From positions 47,009 to 111,008 of IMG/VR virus record IMGVR_UViG_3300024518_004461: DNA of 64,000 nucleotides. One strand, given 5' to 3'. The notes beneath the pieces are model-generated. The model saw only the letters and a program-made list of their open reading frames with translations. It ran no database searches and was not told the DNA's origin. Both the position numbers and the translations under genes were made by a program. The stretch is from a virus. Of the stretch, positions 55,835 to 63,851 are shown in pieces (position 1 is the stretch's first letter; each line of letters starts with the position of its first letter).

Positions 55835-56052
55835 CGTTCTTTCCCCGCAACTAATTCAAGACTTGTATCATAATAGCTTTGACCAAGGTCAACGTAATTC
55901 CCACTTATCCATTTTACTTTTAGGACTTGCGACTTTGCAAATTTCGGCAAACCAATGTCCGTCACCCTAGTCACAACGCCTAGCGTACTTGAATCACGTC
56001 GGTGTAAAACCGCGTGTGTGACAAGATCCCCATATTTAAACATTGTCTTCAT
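55831..56052 (-). CDS. SH3/KOW-like microprotein
   Basis: FKYGDLV..GVV..VKW..SLELVA. Confidence 0.7.
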   Translation of the reverse strand: MKTMFKYGDLVTHAVLHRRDSSTLGVVTRVTDIGLPKFAKSQVLKVKWISGNYVDLGQSYYDTSLELVAGKER

Positions 56053-56287
56053 TTCTTACCACCAATTCAACTTTCCGCGATATACACCGCACTGGATGAG
56101 GCCGACCACACCATAAGATCACAGGCAATACCAACCCCGTGCCAAGTTTATGTTTTCCCGTAACAATTCCATAACAATAATCTTTAGGCAAGTCCTTGTT
56201 GCAGAAATGACGAACAACTAAATCGCCTTTTTTTGGATGCGTCCCACATTTATAAGTGCGGATTCTTTCAGCGTCCCAATCATGCAC
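56036..56287 (-). CDS. SH3/KOW-like microprotein
   Basis: KKGDLV..GIV..ILW..VELV. Confidence 0.7.
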   Translation of the reverse strand: MHDWDAERIRTYKCGTHPKKGDLVVRHFCNKDLPKDYCYGIVTGKHKLGTGLVLPVILWCGRPHPVRCISRKVELVVRNEDNV

Positions 56288-56510
56288 TTGCTATCAACTC
56301 CATATCACAAGCCCACGTACCACCAATGTTTCCATTAGGAAATCGTACAGAATAAATTATTTCGCCAGTTATACAAGCCTTTCTTGCCTTCACGACAATA
56401 CACGTATGATGCTCCCAGTCGTCGCCCGCAACATTTAAAGTTCTATTTCTAACCAAGTCACCAGGTTTGTACATTGTTGGTTTATTTTTTTCTTTCACCG
56501 ACATTCGCAT
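56280..56510 (-). CDS. SH3/KOW-like microprotein
   Basis: YKPGDLV..MELIA. Confidence 0.7.
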   Translation of the reverse strand: MRMSVKEKNKPTMYKPGDLVRNRTLNVAGDDWEHHTCIVVKARKACITGEIIYSVRFPNGNIGGTWACDMELIASA

Positions 56511-56764
56511 TACCCCGCGATCAACTCAACTTCATCAGGTTTCACGATTGGCTTTTTTCCATTTGGCAAAAGTATCCGCCAATATTTGGACGCACCATTA
56601 TCATCGCGCTTAAGCACAATTCCCAGATAAGGACCATCACCAAAACCAAGTTCACTTGTAGTAAACTCACCAGGACGTTTAATTCGAACCAACCAACCGG
56701 GCTCAAGCGTTTCGCCAATTGTATGCTTTACAAAACTTCCATCTTTAACATTTGATTTAATCAT
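56510..56764 (-). CDS. SH3/KOW-like microprotein
   Basis: LEPGWLV..GIVL..VELIA; probable start MIKSN. Confidence 0.65.
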   Translation of the reverse strand: MIKSNVKDGSFVKHTIGETLEPGWLVRIKRPGEFTTSELGFGDGPYLGIVLKRDDNGASKYWRILLPNGKKPIVKPDEVELIAG

Positions 56765-57026
56765 TATTTTTTTCCTCACGGTATCGCGTGTCTTCTGCCA
56801 GCCAATCGGAATGGATTGCCCAAGGATCTCCCCATAATCGTTTTCGAATTGAACTAATCCGATAAGGATTGCTGACAAAGACAGCCGAACGACCGCGATA
56901 GGCGCGGAAGTCGGCTTTGACTTTGTATTTTTTCAACAATTCTAAAAGTTTTGGATCGTCCGCACTTAGATCGTGTCCAAGGAAGAACCAAACGCAACTT
57001 TTGTTTTTTGTTGAAAATTGAGACAT
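56757..57026 (-). CDS. Hypothetical protein
   Basis: 89-aa ORF coupled to its neighbours. Confidence 0.6.
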   Translation of the reverse strand: MSQFSTKNKSCVWFFLGHDLSADDPKLLELLKKYKVKADFRAYRGRSAVFVSNPYRISSIRKRLWGDPWAIHSDWLAEDTRYREEKNND

Positions 57027-57244
57027 TATTTTACAGTCTCGCTTTTAACAGGATTGACCATGTTTTCCATAAAGGCATAATGGCATTGACCATCACTCAA
57101 ATATTGAGAAGCTTGAGCGATATACTTTTGGTGCATATCCCAAACCATTCCATTATTAATGATCTCTTGCATAAACGAGATTTTTTCCTCGCTTGTCATT
57201 GTCTCACTTGAGAACTTGTCCATTTTTTCGATGATTCCAAACAT
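57026..57244 (-). CDS. Conserved phage hypothetical protein
   Basis: Q.IINNG.VW..Q..Y...A pattern. Confidence 0.65.
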   Translation of the reverse strand: MFGIIEKMDKFSSETMTSEEKISFMQEIINNGMVWDMHQKYIAQASQYLSDGQCHYAFMENMVNPVKSETVK

Positions 57245-57286
57245 TGTTTAATTCCTTGGCTTGTTCAGCCGGTTAAAGGGTTAAGA

Positions 57287-57514
57287 TTAAGAGTCCAAAA
57301 ATTCTTTGGTTTCCAAGCAAGTAATATCGCCTGTATGCATACCAAAAGTATGTCCAGTATAAATGTTTAATTGACCTTGATTGTCCGGCAAAACTTCAGC
57401 CCTACCCTTGAATAATTCTTTGACGACAAAATCCAGATCTTCTAGGCTGCTGATCTCTAAACGCAAGTATTTTGCGAGAACTCGAATTTCGTTTTGTTTT
57501 TTTTCGTTTAGCAT
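57287..57514 (-). CDS. Hypothetical protein
   Basis: DNQGQLNIYTG motif and AAGGA SD. Confidence 0.65.
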   Translation of the reverse strand: MLNEKKQNEIRVLAKYLRLEISSLEDLDFVVKELFKGRAEVLPDNQGQLNIYTGHTFGMHTGDITCLETKEFLDS

Positions 57515-57515
57515 G

Positions 57516-57677
57516 TTATTTTTTCCTTGGCTTATTCAGCCACTTTGTTAAGTTAATCTCGCGAGTAATGCTCGCACTGAGGTTGCTTGGTTTGGGGTTA
57601 TCGACTAACGCGATTGCCGACCCGATTGTCAAGACCGTCAAGACCGCGATTAGAATTGCTTTTATTTTTTCTTTCAT
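57516..57677 (-). CDS. 53-aa membrane-anchored protein (not in ORF track)
   Basis: MKEKIKAILIAVLTVLTIGSAIALV...; promoter TTGACC-18-TATATT at 57695-57724. Confidence 0.5.
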   Translation of the reverse strand: MKEKIKAILIAVLTVLTIGSAIALVDNPKPSNLSASITREINLTKWLNKPRKK

Positions 57678-57775
57678 CCCTTACCTTCACCTATAATATA
57701 GCATTAATTTATTATGTCGGTCAAGCAGGTAAACCCTACATTATGTCGATTTATTGATCTTTTCTGTGGATACCC

Positions 57776-58045
57776 TTACGAATTTCGACGGGCTTTGGCT
57801 AAAATCACAATTTTTTTGATCCACCAATTTTTTTCGTCCAACAAATACCACATTTCACGGATTTCCCCGGTGTGTTTGAGCCACTTGATTTTAACTCCGG
57901 TATTGTGCAAGCCGGATATTGGATAATTATGTTTTTTAAGTTTTATCACGATCCCGTGAATTGGTTTAATTCTGATTCCGCTGCTAACAAGATCACCAAT
58001 ATCGAATCTGTCAAGGAGTGATTTATTATCTGTTTTTCTTAGCAT
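57776..58045 (-). CDS. SH3/KOW-like microprotein
   Basis: DRFDIGDLV..GIVI..IKW. Confidence 0.7.
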   Translation of the reverse strand: MLRKTDNKSLLDRFDIGDLVSSGIRIKPIHGIVIKLKKHNYPISGLHNTGVKIKWLKHTGEIREMWYLLDEKNWWIKKIVILAKARRNS

Positions 58046-58310
58046 TGGTTTTGCCTTTTGCTACAATTTCTAATTTTGTTAAGGCACCTGTATTGCGATT
58101 ATTGTAATGGACCCTTGACTGATAATCGTTAATGTATTGAATTGTAACTTCTACTTTTCGTTCTGGGAGGATTGGTGTTTCGTGTGTTCTTATTGCAGAC
58201 ACCACGCCATAGGTTATGAGAGCGTTACGCTTACCGTCTTTTATGCCGCCCCAATTCGTATGCTTTACCAAATCGCCAAGGTCAAATCTGTCAAATATAT
58301 TTTGGCTCAT
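58026..58310 (-). CDS. SH3/KOW-like microprotein
   Basis: DRFDLGDLV..GVV..LEIVA. Confidence 0.7.
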   Translation of the reverse strand: MSQNIFDRFDLGDLVKHTNWGGIKDGKRNALITYGVVSAIRTHETPILPERKVEVTIQYINDYQSRVHYNNRNTGALTKLEIVAKGKTNAKKNR

Positions 58311-58570
58311 TTTTTTGCCTCCGCGATTAGTTCGATTAGTTCGATTGAGCTGTCGTCGTTTTCTGTATAGACACTGGTGTATTCATAATCGTTCCATTTG
58401 ATTCTAACTTGATAATAACTGCTATCTTGTGTTGTGCCGTTTCCGCACATTGTTGTTTTAAATTCGGTGGCTCCGACAACGATGCCTAGTTTGTTTGTGT
58501 CGGTTGTGACTGTGTTGCGCCATTCGACAAGATCACCGACTTGGAGTTTGTTGAATTGTTGTTTAGTCAT
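58307..58570 (-). CDS. SH3/KOW-like microprotein
   Basis: LQVGDLV..GIVV..IKW..IELIA. Confidence 0.7.
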   Translation of the reverse strand: MTKQQFNKLQVGDLVEWRNTVTTDTNKLGIVVGATEFKTTMCGNGTTQDSSYYQVRIKWNDYEYTSVYTENDDSSIELIELIAEAKK

Positions 58571-58815
58571 TATATTTTCTTTGCCGCCGAAACTAATTCT
58601 ATGCGCCCGATTGTTAGATTTCCGTCGCTATATTGACTAACATATGTATCCCCTTTATAGCTCCATAATATCTTCGCGATGTTAATAGTGCGCGAAGCGT
58701 TATTGAACATGCGAGTTACAACGCCAAGCCTGACTGGTTCTATGTATTGTGGTTCGGTTTCTATGCGCTTAACTAAGTCGCCTATTTGTAGATTTTTGAA
58801 TTCTTCTTTTGTCAT
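58570..58815 (-). CDS. SH3/KOW-like microprotein
   Basis: LQIGDLV..GVV..ILW..IELVS. Confidence 0.7.
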   Translation of the reverse strand: MTKEEFKNLQIGDLVKRIETEPQYIEPVRLGVVTRMFNNASRTINIAKILWSYKGDTYVSQYSDGNLTIGRIELVSAAKKI

Positions 58816-58962
58816 GCTCTCATATCTCCAAAATTTCCAGCCGCATAGTGAATGTACTTAGCGCACTTTTTGGCGGGCCCGATATCCCCCCGGACATACA
58901 TTCCGGGGAGGGGGCTGGGGTCGGTGCCCCATAGCCACGCAACCCCGGTTGCACACTGCAAT

Positions 58963-59277
58963 CTAACTTGCTTTGCAAGCTGTCTTGCGCTTTGCTCCTC
59001 GCTTATACATTTTTAAATTGCGTCCAGTCTTCCGCAGGTTGGAAGCCTTCACGCTTGCGCTCAACGCTGGCACACCCAACAGTTCAGACACTTCTTTCAG
59101 GCTGTTGCAATTGTTCCACGCTTCAGTAAACATCTCCTTGCTTATCTTCTCTGGTCGTCCACGTTTCTTTGGCTGCGCTGGTTGCGCTGTCAACATAGGT
59201 TGCGCAACTTCTCTTGCGAGAACTTCTAGGTCCACAATGATTGTTGGTTCTGTATTCATGTTATTGGTTTCATTCAT
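58963..59277 (-). CDS. Putative HTH DNA-binding protein
   Basis: AT-hook-like KKRGRP and HTH-like SLKEVSELLG...KASNLRK. Confidence 0.6.
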   Translation of the reverse strand: MNETNNMNTEPTIIVDLEVLAREVAQPMLTAQPAQPKKRGRPEKISKEMFTEAWNNCNSLKEVSELLGVPALSASVKASNLRKTGRNLKMYKRGAKRKTACKAS

Positions 59278-59282
59278 CTTTT

Positions 59283-59570
59283 TTAATTCCTGGTCTTCAT
59301 CCATGTTAGGGGCAAAGGCTTAATCATATTAAGCATCGCACGTTGTTGTAATATATCTTCTGGTAATGTTTTTAAATCTGTAGCATAACCCGATGATATT
59401 AGTTCGTTCATTAAAGTTTCTATCAGTGGTGTGCCATATTTTTCCTTTGCGGTGGCAATTATCTCGGCACTCAAGGTTAAGTCATAGATCTGTAGAATCA
59501 CAGCCATTGATGCTGTAACCATACCTAAAGCTTTTTCTCTTTTTATTTTTATAGCCGCGACATCTTCCAT
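59283..59570 (-). CDS. Hypothetical protein
   Basis: 95-aa ORF coupled to the upstream gene. Confidence 0.65.
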   Translation of the reverse strand: MEDVAAIKIKREKALGMVTASMAVILQIYDLTLSAEIIATAKEKYGTPLIETLMNELISSGYATDLKTLPEDILQQRAMLNMIKPLPLTWMKTRN

Positions 59571-60838
59571 TATAGCACCAACACCCTTTCACTCTTTGGC
59601 TTGTGTCCGCCATAAGAGCGATTAGCGCCATATTTATCAGTGATCCACATTCGTTGGCACTTTGAACGAACAGGAGCAGGAGCCATCATGTCAGTAATGA
59701 TAATGTGACCGTCAAACTTTCCCTTATTGACAAACTTTGTAGGAGCATCAAAGCATGTCCCGCCATGTAAGACGCGCTCTCTTGCACGTTTCTCGCCTTT
59801 CTTCCAGACATAAACCTTTTCCTCGAAGACCTCATGGTCAAATGGTATTACTGTGAAGCTTGAAAACTTTGCTAGTTCCCCAAGCCAATCAAATACTTTT
59901 CCTAATAGTTCATCGCTAACCGATCCTGATTGGTCAATGCTGATTGCGATGCTTGCTCGGTGCATTGTACGACGACCAAATTTCTTTCCTGGTAGTCTGC
60001 GATTTCTTTTTGTTACCGATGTCTTATGTTCTGCCGCAACACTCGCTTTGATGAATGATGCAAGAACTTTTTTTGGGTCAAGCTTTGATTTTCTTGAGTT
60101 CCCGAATTTCTTAATTGACGAGCGCATCTTGTTTGACACACTGCCCCAACCTTTGGGCTGTCCGCCATCACCGTCACCATAGTCGCATTCTTGCGCAGCT
60201 TGGGCAACCGCATCGGCCAATCGTTTTTCTGCGATCATCTTTTCGGCTGACTCGCCTTCATCACCATCACCACCACCGTCGCTTGGTTCAAAATCCTCAT
60301 GGTCGTCGAATTGCCCTTGTGGTGAATCGCCTTTATTTTCTGGATTGTTTTCTTGATCCGCCTCAAGTTGTTTGGCGTACCAGTCCGAAGACATTTCGTA
60401 CATGCCTTCTAAAAATTTATGGCTCAAACGACCCGGCATTAAAACCCATTCAGGCGCGGTCGGTCGCATATTGTTTAAAGAATTGATTGCAAGATCCATC
60501 GCGCAATTGGCTAACTTCTTGTCGTACTCTGGCAAGGTTCGCCCGGTGCAATGCCCGAGACTTGCGTGATAAAGTTCGTGCATTAGCACCCACTTTTCGT
60601 CAGCCGCGCCATTTATGGGGAGTTGTGGGTTTTCGCCCGCAAGAAACGAAGGATTGTAAACCAATTCGAATCGTGCTTGATCTTTATTAAACCGGATACC
60701 CGCTGTCGCAACCGTAGTTGTCGCAACCTTGTTTAAATGTCGCGATAGGATCGCAAAAAACGGTTCGTCCTGTAGCATTTTGTAGATCCGCATATCCAAA
60801 TCGTATTGTGTTTCTGTTTTCGTTTCACTCTCAACCAT
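59570..60838 (-). CDS. DUF2201-like metallopeptidase + VWA domain protein
   Basis: EPFF, MHELYH, N.AMDLAIN, MIDAS motif IDQSGS, GGT.F and ITD. Confidence 0.85.
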   Translation of the reverse strand: MVESETKTETQYDLDMRIYKMLQDEPFFAILSRHLNKVATTTVATAGIRFNKDQARFELVYNPSFLAGENPQLPINGAADEKWVLMHELYHASLGHCTGRTLPEYDKKLANCAMDLAINSLNNMRPTAPEWVLMPGRLSHKFLEGMYEMSSDWYAKQLEADQENNPENKGDSPQGQFDDHEDFEPSDGGGDGDEGESAEKMIAEKRLADAVAQAAQECDYGDGDGGQPKGWGSVSNKMRSSIKKFGNSRKSKLDPKKVLASFIKASVAAEHKTSVTKRNRRLPGKKFGRRTMHRASIAISIDQSGSVSDELLGKVFDWLGELAKFSSFTVIPFDHEVFEEKVYVWKKGEKRARERVLHGGTCFDAPTKFVNKGKFDGHIIITDMMAPAPVRSKCQRMWITDKYGANRSYGGHKPKSERVLVL

Positions 60839-60844
60839 GCTTTA

Positions 60845-60874
60845 AGTATCCCATGTTTAGGTTAATGCTGTCAA
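60845..60874 (-). promoter_or_regulatory. sigma70-type promoter (leaderless arrangement)
   Basis: TTGACA-18-GATACT, ending 6 nt before the ATG at 60838. Confidence 0.6.
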
Positions 60875-61365
60875 CCATTTATTTAATGGCGCTGTCGATT
60901 TACAGGCTTACCCTGATGACGATTTAACTTGACAAATAATTATCTTTATGATCCGTTATTTTTAACTTGACAAACAAGTATTTTTCTGTATGCCGCATAA
61001 TTACCTTGACAAAGTGTGAATGAGCTAAATACAGCCCCCACATTCCCCCATTCTTCACCACGATCCCTCATTTTACTCATTTTAAACACCTCCACAACTT
61101 GACGATCCATTACTTGCCAACGTCTTACCACTGTATATCTCTTTAGTTATATAAACCATATCCTTATATGCTCTTGTCTTCTTTCTTTCTTATGACATGT
61201 TCTTTAACCCAATTGCTTGTGTTTGCTGTGTCTCTTATCTTACTCCATTTATTATTTTTATCTCCCCAAAAGTAATCACCTTTGCTTTATGGGCTCTCCT
61301 TCTTTAAGATATCTATATCCTTCTGGAAGGGACTTTTGTTCTATGTTTTTATTTTTCATGCCCGC

Positions 61366-61575
61366 TTACATTTCCATTGTATCAACCGCATACATATAAT
61401 CTTCATAGCACTTGCCACAAAGTTTTGAACCGCGTTTGGTTTGATGTTTATGATCGGACAAGCACCAGTCACATATCTTTGAGGGGTTAAGTTTCTTGCG
61501 AATCTTTATCTCTATCTCTCTGGATATGGGCTTTGTTATTATCCCGGTTAGTTGTTTTATTTTATTCATCATCAT
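61366..61575 (-). CDS. Small zinc-finger protein
   Basis: CDWC...CGKC. Confidence 0.6.
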   Translation of the reverse strand: MMMNKIKQLTGIITKPISREIEIKIRKKLNPSKICDWCLSDHKHQTKRGSKLCGKCYEDYMYAVDTMEM

Positions 61576-61867
61576 CTTTCTTGTCCCATCCGAAAACCTT
61601 AATTACTATTATCATTCCAAAGCCGATTAAGATTCCCTTGATTGCTGTCCATATTACTGCCATTATTTTATAACGTAGGTTCCAATCATCACAACAAACA
61701 AAATTGCATAAACCGCAATCACGCTTAAGGTAAATCCATCCACCTCTATCGCTTGTCCTTAAAATTGCGAACGAAGTCCTCAAGGATGAAGATGAGCGCG
61801 AACGCCATGGACGCTACGAACCCGCCAAGGCCTGTTAGCAAAAGTAAAGCAAAAAAGTCTTGTGTTA

Positions 61868-62221
61868 TTATTTCCATTTTATCCACCTCCAACGTGGTCG
61901 AGTTTGTAAATAGTTTTTTGTTTCCTGATGTTGATATGCTTCTTTCTCTGCTCGGATGTTGTAGTAAGCTAGCGCACCATCGCGAAAGCGAATGTAATTC
62001 TTAATATAGTCGTAGGCATACAGCAGAAAAAATCCCGCGAAGCCCGTTTCGAGGAATTGTTGAAAATGGATAGTCTCGTGCTGCCTGGTCTTGTCGTTTA
62101 TCTCACCCCGGCTGAATACGATAAAACCTAGTGTGATTGCTTCGATGTTGATCGGTGCCACATAAGATAATATCTTTGGTATTCTGGAGTTTTCTATAAA
62201 TATTGGTTTCCAGTTTCTCAT
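61868..62221 (-). CDS. Small zincin-like protein
   Basis: AITL, QHETIH..Q and EKEAY motifs. Confidence 0.7.
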   Translation of the reverse strand: MRNWKPIFIENSRIPKILSYVAPINIEAITLGFIVFSRGEINDKTRQHETIHFQQFLETGFAGFFLLYAYDYIKNYIRFRDGALAYYNIRAEKEAYQHQETKNYLQTRPRWRWIKWK

Positions 62222-62252
62222 TCTTTAAGTCCTCTTTCTTTCTTTATTACAT

Positions 62253-62346
62253 AATAAAGAAAGCCCCCTCCAAAAGACTTCGGGCTGGACAGGGAAATGA
62301 AACAAACCCATAACACCCGTCGTCCTTTGCAGAGGCTTTCTTTATT
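62253..62346 (-). ncRNA. Long irregular intergenic hairpin (candidate sRNA)
   Basis: A perfect 13-bp outer stem AATAAAGAAAGCC/GGCTTTCTTTATT is continued by further G-U-containing stems. Confidence 0.45.
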
Positions 62347-62361
62347 TTGCGCCAAGCGTAA

Positions 62362-63678
62362 CTAATCCACTAAACGGCTTTCTTCTTGAGAAGAAATTGC
62401 TTCCGGCACCATCCTCACCGATGACGGCTTACCTACCGTAGCGGGTGTTGATAGCCGAATCGATAAGAAGTGAGGATCTCTCTTCAATTCACTATACATG
62501 CGTTTAAGAAACATCCCTAACATTTTTAGGCGCACGGATCTTGTCTCTTGATCGTTTTTGCAGTGATGATAATAATCACTAGGATTGATCACTGTCCCAT
62601 GATAAATATCTTTGCCCTCTTGCATTTTGGATTCATCTGACAACTTCTTGTCTAAGCGAGCAATTTCATCGAAAAGACTGCCATGCGACCCCGGCTTAAC
62701 CACGTAACCCTTCATAAAAAGATCACCAATCACACCAACCACAAGGTGACTCATAAATTTCGATATCATTTGTGATGGGGCTCTTGCCGTTTGCTGCTCT
62801 GCCCCCAACATTGTAGCCGTTAAAACGTCTTGTGCAAACTTAAGGGCCTTTTGATCGTAGGGACAACCAGGATCACTCATTTCCAAATAACCCAAACCTT
62901 CATTATAAAACTTTTCTAAGTCTGTCTTCTTGAGCCCTTTATACCGCCTCAATTTGCTGCTTCCTGGCTGTGAAATTTCCTCCTGATAGGTTTGTAGCAA
63001 TAATTTTGCTACCAGCTCATCGTCCCCCATGCGTGAGAGCGGCTCTGCTTTTAGGAGACGCAATAAGCCAGGTCTTAAATTTTTAGACGTATCCCTCACT
63101 ACTTGGGCAATAGGGGTATCTCGGCAGTTCCGCAATTCTTGAGGAACAAGCGCAACACCGGCATTTATACGTTCAAACGTCAAAGCCAGTTCAGGACGAG
63201 TCAAGCCCACAAGCTCTACCCATGGAAGCGTACAGTCTGTCAAACGATCCTTAAGGCGTTGCGGTATTTCTTTATAAAAGTTATTGATCAGTTCCACCGA
63301 CTTTCCATCTGCGTCTGTAAACTCACCCGTAACACTAACTTTATTGTTCATAAAATCCGCGATTGCAGCCAGTCGATTGCGCCCATCAAGACCTGTAAAT
63401 TTAAACCCCTGACCATTGAAAGACTTATAATAGTTTGCTGAGTCAGTTTCTCCTCGGGCTTCGCAAGAAGCCAAAGACTCTTCAATACTCACCGCAATTA
63501 TAGGTTGCAAGGCAAAACCTGCCGTTGCACTTGATAAAAACTGTGAACTTTGTGCTCGGGTCCAAACTGGTCTACGTTGTAGCCCCTCTGGAAAGACTAT
63601 CTGTCCTGAATTCATCAGGTCAGCTACTTCGGGGAGAGATACTTCTCTCACCTTTTTTTTGTTACTAAAAAACGCCAT
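62362..63678 (-). CDS. DUF262 (ParB/GmrS-like) domain protein
   Basis: QRRPVW, LDGRNRL and FERINAG motifs. Confidence 0.75.
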   Translation of the reverse strand: MAFFSNKKKVREVSLPEVADLMNSGQIVFPEGLQRRPVWTRAQSSQFLSSATAGFALQPIIAVSIEESLASCEARGETDSANYYKSFNGQGFKFTGLDGRNRLAAIADFMNNKVSVTGEFTDADGKSVELINNFYKEIPQRLKDRLTDCTLPWVELVGLTRPELALTFERINAGVALVPQELRNCRDTPIAQVVRDTSKNLRPGLLRLLKAEPLSRMGDDELVAKLLLQTYQEEISQPGSSKLRRYKGLKKTDLEKFYNEGLGYLEMSDPGCPYDQKALKFAQDVLTATMLGAEQQTARAPSQMISKFMSHLVVGVIGDLFMKGYVVKPGSHGSLFDEIARLDKKLSDESKMQEGKDIYHGTVINPSDYYHHCKNDQETRSVRLKMLGMFLKRMYSELKRDPHFLSIRLSTPATVGKPSSVRMVPEAISSQEESRLVD

Positions 63679-63821
63679 ATTTATTGGCTCCTTAAAAGCA
63701 TTCTCGTTTTAATTTTCTTTCCTTTTTTATTTTCAGAAAAGATTCGAGATTGCTGGTTATTCAGGTTGTCAATTGCAGATACCTTTGATCTACTTATTGC
63801 TTCCCCTACTGTCTAAAAAAG

Positions 63822-63851
63822 ATTATCCCACAACTTGCTATAAACTGTCAA
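63822..63851 (-). promoter_or_regulatory. sigma70-type promoter
   Basis: TTGACA-18-GATAAT upstream of the DUF262 gene. Confidence 0.6.

Larger units (their letters stand above)
52367..58815 (-). repeat. Tandem array of about 23 paralogous SH3/KOW-like microprotein genes
   Basis: Shared pattern F.(I/V)GDLV..G(I/V)(I/V)..V.W..(L/I).(L/I)(V/I)(S/A). Genes are 57-94 aa and mostly overlap start/stop codons. Confidence 0.8.

Noticed and set aside
52367-58815. CRISPR array, integron cassette array or DGR targets
   Set aside because: There are no regularly spaced nucleotide repeats or attC-like sites between genes (most overlap), and no reverse transcriptase or TR/VR pair in the window.
61250-61359. 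Short frameshifted ORF fragment (LPEGYRYLKEGEPIKQ/GDYFW)
   Set aside because: It may be a decayed gene, but it is too short to support a call.
1305-63441. Numerous plus-strand ORFs in the track (e.g. 1305-1634, 40270-40671, 49373-49903)
   Set aside because: They are antisense shadows of well-supported minus-strand genes and show no motifs or RBS. Only 33753-34613 is credible.
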